Assembly: GCA_965116925.1 (NCBI GenBank) | Contig: OZ220744.1 | Coordinates: 5,984,001-6,048,000 of the forward strand | DNA from: Candidatus Poribacteria bacterium | GTDB taxonomy: Bacteria > Poribacteria > WGA-4E > PCPOR2b | Direction of reading: 5' to 3' | Length of the DNA stretch: 64,000 nucleotides | In this document: positions 19,478-29,452 of the stretch, one piece after another | Numbering within the stretch: the first letter of the stretch is position 1 | Layout: each line of letters opens with the position of its first letter | Translations under genes and position numbers: made by a program | The notes under the pieces: model-generated | Database searches by the model: none | What the model was told of the DNA's origin: nothing | The model's input: only the letters and a program-made list of their open reading frames with translations

Positions 19478-20446
19478 TTAACGCCTAACAAGCCAGAACT
19501 CACCTTCGCTATGCGTTGCCAACGCGCCTAGCAATACAGCACCGGGGAAATCCTCCGCCATATCAATCGCCATTGTGAAGATTCGGATATCGGTTGTCGC
19601 ACGTTGCTCAATAGCCTTTAGGTCGGGAATGCCTGAAGTCAGAATACCATCGCTAAATAACACTACAATTGTGGGGGCTCTGCTGTGTGTTTCTTGTAAC
19701 GCTTCGAGCATATCTTTGTCTGAATAACGTTCGCTTTTCACAGGCTTCGCACCCTCAAGATGGGCAACGGTATCAGCGATGTTTGTATCGTTGACGGGGA
19801 GGAAGTTGGGCTGGTAAAATTGGACCTCTTCGCTGAAGGTGCAGACGTTGAATTGATCATGCGATTCGAGAAAGTCAAGCGAATCCGTCATGATGCCGAG
19901 GATTCTCCCAAGTTTTCGCGGGTTCAAGCCGATCATGCTTGACGAGAGATCGACGCAGTAGATGATTCGCTGCGGTCCCTCCTGCCTTTCGATAAATTTG
20001 ACGAGTCGGCTTTTACGACGTTCCTCCGGATCAACTTTTTTGATGGGATTTGTTATCACCCGTTCCATCTGTGGCATCGCTTGCGGCGTGACGCTGCCCG
20101 TTGACAATCCCACATTGTCGCCCAGATTCATTGGACCGAGGCTAAACTGCGTCGGCTCTGCTGCTGAAACCACCCCTCGCTCCGTGGCAGGTGCGTTACT
20201 TGTCAAAATCTTCAGTGCCGGTTGGTTGGTTTGCACATTCGCTTTTTGGCGCCGTACTTGCGGACGTTTCGGGCGATTCATCCGTTTCCGCTTAGGTTCT
20301 TCGACCTTCATCAGTACTGCGCTGATAGCGTCTTGATTCGCGATAAATTGCTCGCTGGTCCAGAAGAAAAATCCTATGACGCCAGCGATGAAATGTAAAG
20401 CGAAAGAAACAACGAAGGCTTTGCTTGATCTATACTTTGATCGCAT
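19478..20446 (-). CDS. Membrane-anchored VWA-domain protein
   Basis: N-terminal TM (SFALH), MIDAS DLSSSM, FSDG; paralog of 54119-55321. Confidence 0.8.
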   Translation of the reverse strand: MRSKYRSSKAFVVSFALHFIAGVIGFFFWTSEQFIANQDAISAVLMKVEEPKRKRMNRPKRPQVRRQKANVQTNQPALKILTSNAPATERGVVSAAEPTQFSLGPMNLGDNVGLSTGSVTPQAMPQMERVITNPIKKVDPEERRKSRLVKFIERQEGPQRIIYCVDLSSSMIGLNPRKLGRILGIMTDSLDFLESHDQFNVCTFSEEVQFYQPNFLPVNDTNIADTVAHLEGAKPVKSERYSDKDMLEALQETHSRAPTIVVLFSDGILTSGIPDLKAIEQRATTDIRIFTMAIDMAEDFPGAVLLGALATHSEGEFWLVRR

Positions 20447-20464
20447 TTTAAGGTGATTGTTCCT

Positions 20465-21259
20465 TTAGTTTTCTGAAGGGTGTTGGCGTTCAACGGCTTC
20501 TCGCAAACGCACCATATCCGCCTGCAATTGTTCGACTCTGGCTTCAGCGACTTCGGCTCGCGTTGTTGCTTCAGCCGCTTCAGCTCTTGCCGCTGCGGTT
20601 TCGGCTTTCGATTCCGTGAGTGTCACTAAGGGTGTGCCATCGGGTAGATAGGGGCGCATGAAACGGAGTTTGTTAGGGAGATCCTCGGTTGAAAACAATA
20701 GATTTAGGGCTTCGCTGTACAATGCCCCTCGCTCATCGGGTGGAATAGCTTCATATCCGTCTTCTCTTCGCCGCCATCCACAAAATTCGGGAGGCCGCTC
20801 CCCTTCCGGTTGATGAATGAAGTATTCGTGGATACCTATTTCCGAGAAATACCGCCTCATTTTTTCTCCCCGATCTTCTTTCGCTGTCGAATCGGATAGA
20901 AATTCAAAAACAACAGTTGGAGCCGCTCCTTCTGCCCATGTATAAAAACTTCGGCGCAGCGGTTCGGAAGGCACACCCAACACCACGAACACATCGGGAG
21001 CAACGAATTTCCGTACATCTCCCTCTTGATAGTAGACAAAGCTATCTGTGCCAACATACGCCAGCGTGTCGCCCCGACTGAAATAGTCGTTTAGTTGCTC
21101 GCTGAGAATGCTAATTTGGCGTCCATGAAATTCGGTAACTGACATCGGTTCACCATCTTCTGTAGGATAGCCCTTTAGGTAAACAGTCGGTCGACCAAAA
21201 GCCCTTGGCATTTTTGGCAAAAATTTGCGGCGTTTATCTTCAAAGGTTGTTAGATCCAT
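20465..21259 (-). CDS. Uma2 family (PD-(D/E)XK-like) endonuclease with C-terminal coiled coil
   Basis: APDVFVV, VFEFLS and EYFI motifs; start at ATG 21259 after AAGGAGGG. Confidence 0.85.
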   Translation of the reverse strand: MDLTTFEDKRRKFLPKMPRAFGRPTVYLKGYPTEDGEPMSVTEFHGRQISILSEQLNDYFSRGDTLAYVGTDSFVYYQEGDVRKFVAPDVFVVLGVPSEPLRRSFYTWAEGAAPTVVFEFLSDSTAKEDRGEKMRRYFSEIGIHEYFIHQPEGERPPEFCGWRRREDGYEAIPPDERGALYSEALNLLFSTEDLPNKLRFMRPYLPDGTPLVTLTESKAETAAARAEAAEATTRAEVAEARVEQLQADMVRLREAVERQHPSEN

Positions 21260-21295
21260 TATACATCCCTCCTTAATCAATCACGACGCATTCCG

Positions 21296-24200
21296 TTACC
21301 GCATTGACATTTTTTTGGCATTCAGCTCCCGCCGCAGGACAACGCCCCACTGACCGACTACCCATAGCGCATCGTCGTTTGGAGCGCGGACTATAGTATA
21401 CAGGTTGTTGGATATGTCCGTATGTTCTCGTTCCCACGTCGTACCGCCATCCACTGAACGGAGAATTGTGCCGGACGCGCCAACAGCGTAGATTTCCTGC
21501 TCGGATAGCGCGAGGATGTCGTAAAGGGTTTCGGTGACACCGCTCGACAAGGCTTCCCACTTAAATCCACCCCCCGTTGTGCGGAGAATAATGCCGTAAT
21601 CGCCAGATGCCCAACCCTTCCGCTTTGTGATAAATGACACTCCGTACAGGTCATAACCGGTGTCGGTTTCGTGATGTTTCCAATATCCGCCGCCGTTGAT
21701 TGTGCGTTGGACAATGCCGCTGTGCCCAACCGCCCAACCGAGCGGCGCAAATTTCATCTCAATCCTTTCGAGGTCTTTTCCTGTGGAGGTGCGTTGGGGT
21801 GTCCAGATGGGGCCTCCGTCTTGGTTATGAATAATCTGCCCATCCCTGCCGACAGCCCAACCTTCGGAGAAACTGCCAAATGCAACATCGTTTATCTCAA
21901 AGGGTAACGGTGGATCCTCCTCAAATAACCCTGGACGCGTCGGGGTTTGTCCCGCCGACCACTTTGCACCGTTGGTAGTGTACAGCACAGTACCGTCACG
22001 CCGCATTGACCAGCCCCATCGGGTTGCGTCTTCGGAGTTTAATCCCGACACATCGGCAAAATGAACGCCAACAAGGGGCTGTCCAGTGCCAGTTTGCAGG
22101 TGGGTCCAAGTTTTCCCGCCATCCCGAGTTTCCAGCAGGATGCCGTTATCTCCGGTAATCCAACCGTGTGTGCTGTCTAGGAAGAGGATATCCCGGAAAT
22201 CATCAAGTTGCTCGCCGAGTTGCCGTTCCCATGTTTGTCCACCATTTTCAGTGTAATAGATATGTCCTGCGTCACCGACCGCCCACGCGTGTTGATCGCC
22301 GATGAAATGCACGTTTGTGATTGGCAGTCCAGATTGACGGAGACCCCGACGATGGCGGGTTGGTCTTTCTCGGTTTTCGATTTCCGTTTCTGTCTGTGCG
22401 ACCGCTGTGGCTTCAGCTTCGGATTCAATCTCGCCTTCCGGTGTAAAACGCCCAGCACGGGATCGCTGCTCTGTCATATCTCTCTGGAAGATGTCAGTGA
22501 AATTATCGTCTAGCGGATTGTCGATCGTTGGCTGTGGCTCTTGAGCGTTATCCGCTTTTGCTTCCATATCCGCCTGCTTGCTCTGGGCGATTAGTTCTGC
22601 CGCCGTCTCAAGTCCTACATAGGTCGGCAGCCAACTCTCGCCTTGATCGGTTGTTACGAGGATAGCTCCGTTACGATTGATGCCCCAAGCCCGTTGATGG
22701 TTGTGAAACTTGATTCGACGAAGTCCTTCTACCATGTCTTCCGGGAGGATTTGTTTCCACGTCACGCCGCCATCCTGTGTGATGAACGACCTACCATCCC
22801 CCCCCACAATCCAACCGGACTTCGCGTCGGCGAAATGCACTGCGGCAGCAGGCTGATGGGTCTTGTCCTGAATCTCCCAGTAGTCCCCGCTGTTGACCGT
22901 ATGCAGCACCAAGCCGCCTTCGACCCGTTGGGGGGTAATAGCCCAGCCTTCGGTGCTATTGACGAAATGGAGTGCGGTGATTGGTCGGTTCGTTGTCCCG
23001 GTTTTCTGAAGTTTCCACGTTACGCCGCCGTCCGTCGTATGGAGTGTTTGTCCCTGATCAGCACCGAGCCAACCTTCTTGCGTATTGATGAACTGCATAG
23101 CACTGATTCGCTGGAAGTTTTGCACCACCTTTTTGATGACTTGCCACGTCTGTCCGCCGTTTTCTGTCCGGAGCAGCACACCGCGTCCGGCAATCCATCC
23201 GTGATCTTCATCGACAAAAGTGACCCGTCGCAAATCTTCTTTCACACCGCTGTGTTGGGGCACCCACGTTTTGCCACCATCCGTCGTGTGTGCAATCACG
23301 CCGCCGGATCCAACCGCCCACCCGCGCAAAGTGGCTAGCTCATCCGCCGTGCGATGAAAATAGGTATCGGCGAAATCGGTCTGCCAAGTCGCCTGACGGA
23401 CGATGTCCCAATGATAGGTGACCTCCTCGACGGTCGGTTGTTCCTCGGCAACTTCGGTAGCTTCCGTCCGTTCTGCCATAGGAGGTAGTTCGGCTGGGAG
23501 CTCCTCTGCATCAACAGAGTAACGCATCGCAATTCCGCCTTTACCGACGGCAACCATCCCTTCCGGTGAAAGCGCGAATCCGTAAAGGTCGTTCTCCGTA
23601 TCGCTCTCCTGCTTCTCCCATTTCTTCCCGCCGTTGGTGGTGGTCAGGATAACGCCACCATCTCCCACAATGAGACCGTGCTTTTCATCGGCGAAGTAGA
23701 CCTTATTCAGGTTTGCCTCCGTGCCGCTGGGTTGGAATCTCCACGTTTTTCCGCCATCTTTGGTGTTCAGAATTTCTCCGAACTGTCCAGTCACCCAGCC
23801 ATTTTTGTTGTCACTAAAGTAGATCGCGTACAGTTCATTATAGGTGGGTGTCTTCTGTTGCGTCCATGTCAGTCCACCGTTGGCTGTATGGATAACAACG
23901 CCGGGCCAACCGACCGACCAGCCTTCCTTTTCGTTGAGGAAAAACACCTCCTTAAGCATGTGAAATTCGCCCGGTGTCTGCTGCACCCATGTTTCACCGC
24001 CGTCAGCGGTATGCAAGACTGTCCCAAGATCGCCAACGACCCAACCTTTCTTTGGGCTGACGAAGTAGGTGCCCCGGAGCGAGTACCACCACCCGCTTTT
24101 TTGGGTTTCCCAACTTTGTCCGCCATCGGAGGTGTGGACAATCATGCCACGATCGCCGACCGCCCAACCCTCTAGATCGGAGACAAAATAGAGGCTTCGG

Positions 24201-25339
24201 ATGTGGTCCCAGATGTCCGTCTGAACCTCAGTCCACGTTTGCCCGCCATCTTGGCTCATGGCGATGGTGCCTTTTTCACCGACAGCGATTGCCCTGTTTC
24301 CATCCGCAAACTGTATCTCCTCAAGGTTATTGGCGGTGGTGCCGCTGGCTATCGTCCACGTCTCCCCACCGTCCTCTGAGTGCATGATCGTGCCTTGCCA
24401 ACCGACCGCCCACGCCTCGTCTGGAGTGGTGAACTGAACCCCGGTCAGATTATTTTCGGTGCCGCTCTCTAGCAATCGCCAGTTGTCTCCTCCGTCCTCT
24501 GTGAATGTGATGAAACCGATGTCAGCGACCGCTACGCCGCGTTTATTATCTGTGAAATGGATACTGTTGACGGTATCTCGAACATGGCCGTTGATCAGTG
24601 GGATACGGCTATCCTGCTTCGTCCATTCGGCACCCCCATTTGTTGTGTGGAAGATCGAGCCGTCAGTCCCGACAAGCCAGCCCTCGTTTTTGCTGATGAA
24701 GAAGACCCGCTTGTTATCGTTGATCATCCGGTCCCGTTCTCCTTCATAGCGATTACTCTGCTGCCTCCACGTTTTGCCACCATCCTCTGTGAGGAAAATC
24801 CGATCGTTTGCACCGACAGTCCAACCACGACGCTTAGTAACAAACCAGACACCGCTGAGCGGAAATTCGCTGATGTATTCATACCGTTCCCACGTTTTGC
24901 CGCCGTTCTTGGTGTAGAGCACATCGGCATCCTCTCCAACGATCCACCCCTCATCGGAATTTGCAAAGTGGACATCCCGGAGCGTTGCCAAAGTGCCGCT
25001 GTCTTGGAGATGCCAGCGACGTCCGTCATCGGTGGTAGCGATTAAACCCCTATCGCCAACCGCCCAGCCGTAGCGAGTATTGGTGAAATAGACCGCCTTA
25101 AAATCGCCTTCCGTTCCAACTTCTTGGCGTTCCCACGTCTTTCCGCCATCCTTTGTATGGACGATCATTCCCTTTTCGCCGACGATCCATCCACGTTCGG
25201 CATCTGCGAAATGTAGATCTGTGAAATTGACTTCCCAATCCGCTTTGCGGGTCACGTCTTGCCTACAGCCGATGAGTAATATTATGAGTGCAAGCGCAAA
25301 TGTCATGGCTCGAAATATATGTTGATATGTCCGTTTCAT
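21296..25339 (-). CDS. Large YCF48/BNR-repeat beta-propeller lipoprotein
   Basis: 1347 aa; lipobox LLIGC; many GWxVGxxGxIxHTxDGGxTW units. Confidence 0.88.
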   Translation of the reverse strand: MKRTYQHIFRAMTFALALIILLIGCRQDVTRKADWEVNFTDLHFADAERGWIVGEKGMIVHTKDGGKTWERQEVGTEGDFKAVYFTNTRYGWAVGDRGLIATTDDGRRWHLQDSGTLATLRDVHFANSDEGWIVGEDADVLYTKNGGKTWERYEYISEFPLSGVWFVTKRRGWTVGANDRIFLTEDGGKTWRQQSNRYEGERDRMINDNKRVFFISKNEGWLVGTDGSIFHTTNGGAEWTKQDSRIPLINGHVRDTVNSIHFTDNKRGVAVADIGFITFTEDGGDNWRLLESGTENNLTGVQFTTPDEAWAVGWQGTIMHSEDGGETWTIASGTTANNLEEIQFADGNRAIAVGEKGTIAMSQDGGQTWTEVQTDIWDHIRSLYFVSDLEGWAVGDRGMIVHTSDGGQSWETQKSGWWYSLRGTYFVSPKKGWVVGDLGTVLHTADGGETWVQQTPGEFHMLKEVFFLNEKEGWSVGWPGVVIHTANGGLTWTQQKTPTYNELYAIYFSDNKNGWVTGQFGEILNTKDGGKTWRFQPSGTEANLNKVYFADEKHGLIVGDGGVILTTTNGGKKWEKQESDTENDLYGFALSPEGMVAVGKGGIAMRYSVDAEELPAELPPMAERTEATEVAEEQPTVEEVTYHWDIVRQATWQTDFADTYFHRTADELATLRGWAVGSGGVIAHTTDGGKTWVPQHSGVKEDLRRVTFVDEDHGWIAGRGVLLRTENGGQTWQVIKKVVQNFQRISAMQFINTQEGWLGADQGQTLHTTDGGVTWKLQKTGTTNRPITALHFVNSTEGWAITPQRVEGGLVLHTVNSGDYWEIQDKTHQPAAAVHFADAKSGWIVGGDGRSFITQDGGVTWKQILPEDMVEGLRRIKFHNHQRAWGINRNGAILVTTDQGESWLPTYVGLETAAELIAQSKQADMEAKADNAQEPQPTIDNPLDDNFTDIFQRDMTEQRSRAGRFTPEGEIESEAEATAVAQTETEIENRERPTRHRRGLRQSGLPITNVHFIGDQHAWAVGDAGHIYYTENGGQTWERQLGEQLDDFRDILFLDSTHGWITGDNGILLETRDGGKTWTHLQTGTGQPLVGVHFADVSGLNSEDATRWGWSMRRDGTVLYTTNGAKWSAGQTPTRPGLFEEDPPLPFEINDVAFGSFSEGWAVGRDGQIIHNQDGGPIWTPQRTSTGKDLERIEMKFAPLGWAVGHSGIVQRTINGGGYWKHHETDTGYDLYGVSFITKRKGWASGDYGIILRTTGGGFKWEALSSGVTETLYDILALSEQEIYAVGASGTILRSVDGGTTWEREHTDISNNLYTIVRAPNDDALWVVGQWGVVLRRELNAKKMSMR

Positions 25340-25812
25340 CTGATTTTTTCTCCTTAAAGTGTCGTAATGCTTGCAGAAACGCGGAAAGCCCGAAATCCAG
25401 TGGTGTGCCAGATCGGCTTTGGACCTGTCTCAACTCGATGAACGAGCGGAAAGCAATGGTGAAAATGCCTCTCGAAATTCTTGATCCTTTGGACGTGAAA
25501 ATCTCCTAAATGTTGAAGGACTAATCCGTTTCTGTCCTACAAAGTATAACATAATTGTGTATTAAACCCTACACCAAAATTCACTGAACAAGGATGCCTG
25601 TCTGAACATTCTGCCCGATGGGGTGTAGGGCGTTTGCTGCGCTCCGCCTTTTTGCTTGCATTTCAAGAGTCGGTGTGCTAACATGAACGCATCATATCCT
25701 CGGCGAAAATTTCATACAGATACAGTCGCGCGTATCTCATTGAGATGCGTTCTCAGACTGGATTTACAGGACTCAAAATTGACAGGGTTGATAATGAAGT
25801 TGAGAATCTTTA

Positions 25813-25840
25813 AGCGTTGATAAACGCACTTATCAAAGGT
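25813..25840. other. dif-like 11-6-11 palindromic site (site 0)
   Basis: AGCGTTGATAA-ACGCAC-TTATCAAAGGT. Confidence 0.4.
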
Positions 25841-26103
25841 AAAACCGCTTTTCCCCCGGCGGAACAGGGGTGAGCTTAGGTCGCAATTAACGGTGTGGCC
25901 TGCTCCGGAGCGGGATTCAACTGGACAGGGAAGCCGGCACTACAGTTTGGTGCAGATTGGCATTTGTGAATCGACGAGACGAACCGAGATAGATCAGGTG
26001 GGGGCCAACGCGTGGGACCATATACCGTGATTGACGAATAGCAACCCGATACCACACCCGCTGAATAGAAACCAACCCTTAACCATCGAAAAGGGTACCA
26101 CAA

Positions 26104-26358
26104 ATGGAAGCGTTGCTTATGCTGATAATTCTTGGAAGTTTGAGCCTCGCTGCTTATCTCCTCATTAATTATCCTTTCGATCCACCCAAGGACGGGAAGC
26201 AACGCGATGACGACAGGCAGAAGAAACCAAAACGTCGACGCATTACGCGAATTGAAGATATTGATGGTCGGATCTATTTTCGAGGTGCCCCGCCGGAGGA
26301 ATGGAAGGCTTTAGAAGAAGAATACCAGAGACAGCAGCGAGAAAAATATTACAGATAA
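26104..26358 (+). CDS. Small membrane-anchored hypothetical protein
   Basis: 84 aa; N-terminal TM followed by a charged tail. Confidence 0.65.
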   Translation: MEALLMLIILGSLSLAAYLLINYPFDPPKDGKQRDDDRQKKPKRRRITRIEDIDGRIYFRGAPPEEWKALEEEYQRQQREKYYR

Positions 26359-26377
26359 TCGACCCTACACCCCCAGA

Positions 26378-26405
26378 ATGTCCGATACAATCTCTTATCG
26401 GATAC
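26378..26405. other. dif-like 11-6-11 site (site A)
   Basis: ATGTCCGATAC-AATCTC-TTATCGGATAC, 19 nt after the stop at 26358. Confidence 0.5.
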
Positions 26406-26421
26406 AAGTAGGAGGAATATT

Positions 26422-26940
26422 TTGGAATTACGTTTTGACGAATCGCAAATCCGTTACTATGCAGAAAAGTATCTGGAGGACCATCCAGTTTACGACAATT
26501 CCGTAAAAAGCATTATAGGTGAGGTAAAAGCAAGAAGGTATCTAACACTATCCGACTTGATAGCACTCTCAAACTGGACAGGGGATCCTCGAAACAAGCT
26601 TCGCATCGAAAAGAACTCCAGTATCTCCATCGAAGAGATTACACGAATCGCTCTAAGCCCAGACACGGCTGAGCCCGACAGAATCAACAGCCTACAACTG
26701 TACGGTGTTGGTCCAACAATCGCTTCCGCAATCTTACACTGGTTTCACAAAGATTGTTACCCTATTTGGTCCAAACCTGCCAGATACAGTGTTCACCTCG
26801 ACAAAAGCAGAGACGAACCAAAGCCCGAAGAGTGGCAAGCCTATGTCTCATTTTGTAGATGTTTAGCGAAGAAAAGCAAAGTAAATATGCGAACTTTGGA
26901 CAGAGCACTCTGGAAATACGGGAAATACCGAGGGGCATAA
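26422..26940 (+). CDS. Hypothetical protein with a helix-hairpin-helix-like motif (DNA glycosylase superfamily-like)
   Basis: LYGVGPTIASAILH and MRTLDRALW motifs; AGGAGG RBS before a TTG start. Confidence 0.65.
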   Translation: MELRFDESQIRYYAEKYLEDHPVYDNSVKSIIGEVKARRYLTLSDLIALSNWTGDPRNKLRIEKNSSISIEEITRIALSPDTAEPDRINSLQLYGVGPTIASAILHWFHKDCYPIWSKPARYSVHLDKSRDEPKPEEWQAYVSFCRCLAKKSKVNMRTLDRALWKYGKYRGA

Positions 26941-27007
26941 TTTGCCGCGAAGGGGGCATCTCCCTTGTGGCAACACTTCAAGAGACGGGGATTTAAAAGG
27001 AGATAAA

Positions 27008-27292
27008 ATGATAAGCATTGTTAGGCAAAAACTTTTGACTATACATCACTTGACTGACGATTTAGTGCCGAATAGTAATAATAACTCACGAATAATTGAA
27101 ATTCTAACAGAACGAGCAGGGTTGCTTGATCAACTTGGAGAATCTGATGAGGCTCAAGCCGATAGATTTGCCGTGAGGCACATCGAAAGGCATCCCAATA
27201 GAGATCATAGCCATCTATCTTATGGGCGTGCAGCCCAAATAGAACTTCAAGGAATTGCAGAGAGGAATGGAATGAGGGACCTATTTCGATAA
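27008..27292 (+). CDS. Hypothetical protein
   Basis: AAAGGAG RBS then ATG 27008; 94 aa. Confidence 0.6.
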   Translation: MISIVRQKLLTIHHLTDDLVPNSNNNSRIIEILTERAGLLDQLGESDEAQADRFAVRHIERHPNRDHSHLSYGRAAQIELQGIAERNGMRDLFR

Positions 27293-27299
27293 AAGGAGA

Positions 27300-27327
27300 A
27301 TATCCTATAAATTAGCTTATCGGACAT
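27300..27327. other. dif-like 11-6-11 site (site B, inverted relative to A)
   Basis: ATATCCTATAA-ATTAGC-TTATCGGACAT; reverse complement starts ATGTCCGATAA like site A. Confidence 0.5.
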
Positions 27328-27436
27328 CGTTGTGAAAGAACAGTCGTAAAAAGTGATAAAAGCTACAAGGGAAAAACGCTTTACCACGTCTCCCTTGTAG
27401 TTTAGGATTGTTTATCAAGGAATAAAGGGAGGGGCT

Positions 27437-28807
27437 ATGGATATATTGACGATGGTATTGATTGCTCTTGCATTACTATCCGTGGTGACAGCAGGTGTGG
27501 TGCATCGAGCGTATTCTCGGTCGCAAGATCGTGTGCAGGAACTTACTGCGAAAGTGTCAGGTTTGGATGTAAACCTCGAAGATAGAGACAGCCAATTAAA
27601 TTCAGCAACTCAAGAAAGAGATGGATTACGCGATAATGCAAATCAACTTACTGCAAAAGTGTCGGGTTTGGAGGCAAGTCTCGAAGATAGAGAGAGTCAA
27701 TTAAATTCAGTAACCCAGGAAAGAGATGAATTACGCGATAATGCAAATCAACTTACTCAGCAGGTGGCAAGCCTTGAGGCAAATCTCAACGCCAAAGAGG
27801 AACAACTAGCTGAGCTTAATGCGTTCGAGGAGCGTTCCTTAAATGCGTTCAAAGTGTTATCATCAAAAATAGTGACAGATCAGGGGGAGTTATTGAGATC
27901 GCAGACGGTGGATTCCGTCAATAACTTAATTAGACCGCTTTCGGAGGGAATTGATAAGTTTAATACGGCGCGAGCGCGAGCTGAAGGTTCTCTGAGTGAC
28001 GACATAACAAGGCTTACATCTGAAACAGGCAAATTGGCTTCTGCATTGACGAAGGCACCTCACGTGCGTGGCAGATGGGGTGAAATGCAAGTTGAACGTG
28101 CCTTGGAATTGTCAGGTCTTGCTAAAGGCACCCACTATACGGTGCAAGATACCGATGGAGCAGGGGGACGAACTGACTTTATTGTCCATCTATCCAATGA
28201 CCGCCACATCATCATTGATTCAAAGGTGTCTCTAGTTGCCTATCTTGATGCCGAAGGTGCGACTAATGAAGAAGAACGCACTCAGTTTCTTGAAAATCAT
28301 GCGCGAGCTGTGAGAAATCAGGTGACCGTTTTAGCGGGAAAGGAGTATCAACAAACCCTGCCAAATACGGCAGATTTTGTGGTGATGGCGATGCCTGACT
28401 TTGCTTTGCCAGCTGCGGTGCAACACGACCATGACCTGATTGATTATGCTTTGGAAAGACGAATAGTCTTAGCGACTTTTTCTATGCTGGTGCCGCTGTT
28501 AAAATGTGTTGCGATGGGTTGGCAACAGAAAAACTTTGGGGATCAGGCTCAAGAAATTGCTGCTTGTGGTAGGGAACTCTACAAGCGTCTAGGGCCCTTC
28601 GTTTCTACTCACTTGTGTGACATTGGTGCTTCACTCAGCAAAGCTGTTAAAGCGTATAATGCGAGTGTGGGATCCTTTGATCAAAGGGTTATGCCACAAG
28701 CCCGGCGTTTTGTGGAATTGGACATAGCATCATCAGAATTGGAGGGCCCCGAAGTAATCAATCAGTCTGTTCGCTCTTTGAAAGATAGCTCCTTAGATGA
28801 TTTGTAA
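27437..28807 (+). CDS. rmuC: DNA recombination protein RmuC family
   Basis: N-terminal TM, coiled coil, RGRWGEMQV, IIIDSKVSL and DFVVM motifs. Confidence 0.88.
   Translation: MDILTMVLIALALLSVVTAGVVHRAYSRSQDRVQELTAKVSGLDVNLEDRDSQLNSATQERDGLRDNANQLTAKVSGLEASLEDRESQLNSVTQERDELRDNANQLTQQVASLEANLNAKEEQLAELNAFEERSLNAFKVLSSKIVTDQGELLRSQTVDSVNNLIRPLSEGIDKFNTARARAEGSLSDDITRLTSETGKLASALTKAPHVRGRWGEMQVERALELSGLAKGTHYTVQDTDGAGGRTDFIVHLSNDRHIIIDSKVSLVAYLDAEGATNEEERTQFLENHARAVRNQVTVLAGKEYQQTLPNTADFVVMAMPDFALPAAVQHDHDLIDYALERRIVLATFSMLVPLLKCVAMGWQQKNFGDQAQEIAACGRELYKRLGPFVSTHLCDIGASLSKAVKAYNASVGSFDQRVMPQARRFVELDIASSELEGPEVINQSVRSLKDSSLDDL
27541..27757 (+). repeat. 105-bp (35-aa) tandem duplication inside the rmuC coiled coil
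   Basis: Units start at 27541 and 27646, with a partial third at 27751 (LTAKVSGL..LEDR.SQLNS.TQERD.LRDNANQ). Confidence 0.9.
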
Positions 28808-28880
28808 GCCACAAGGGAGGCACACCTCGCAAACAGTCTATCCGTTGAGCGGCACTTGAGAATACATTAAGGAGGAAAAA

Positions 28881-29402
28881 TTGGGAGACAAAGAGAATTA
28901 CGATTTCAGGAAGTCCAGATGGGGCATGTCAAGGGATGAGGTAAAGTCTACGGAAGATGCTACATTTATCGGTTCAACTGAGGATTTCTTATTTTATGAC
29001 GGGCGTGTAGCTAACATGGATTGTGGTATTAGCTATAATTTTGTAAACAACATGCTGGTATCTGCTAGGTACGGGTTTACAGAAGAACATAGCAATAAAA
29101 ATGATTACCTATATGATTTTTTTAAATTAAAGGATATCCTGAAGGAGAAATATGGAGATCCGGCAATTGACGATATAGATTGGCGTAACAGACTGTATGT
29201 CGACAGCGAAGAGGACTACGGGTTCGCCGTCAGTCTGGGGCATTTGGAGCTGTTTGCAGCATGGGATACCCCTAGCACAGGCATAAGTTGTCGCCTTTAT
29301 GGCGATAATTACGAAGTTGAATTAGGTGTTCTATATCGCAGCAAGGCACACCAACATCTTGTGGAGAAAAATTTAGAAAGTAAAGATCTTGATGATTTCT
29401 AA
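28881..29402 (+). CDS. Hypothetical protein
   Basis: TAAGGAGG RBS, TTG start, 173 aa. Confidence 0.75.
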   Translation: MGDKENYDFRKSRWGMSRDEVKSTEDATFIGSTEDFLFYDGRVANMDCGISYNFVNNMLVSARYGFTEEHSNKNDYLYDFFKLKDILKEKYGDPAIDDIDWRNRLYVDSEEDYGFAVSLGHLELFAAWDTPSTGISCRLYGDNYEVELGVLYRSKAHQHLVEKNLESKDLDDF

Positions 29403-29435
29403 TAGTGCTCAATCAAACCCTGATGAGTAATAAAC

Positions 29436-29452
29436 ACGTCCGATAATATTTC
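29436..29452. other. dif-like half site (site C)
   Basis: ACGTCCGATAA-TATTTC with the right arm missing; same orientation as site A. Confidence 0.4.

Noticed and set aside
25340..26100. tRNA-Sec, riboswitch or other ncRNA in the long intergenic region
   Set aside because: No cloverleaf or recognisable riboswitch consensus by eye; an Rfam/Infernal scan would be needed to exclude one.
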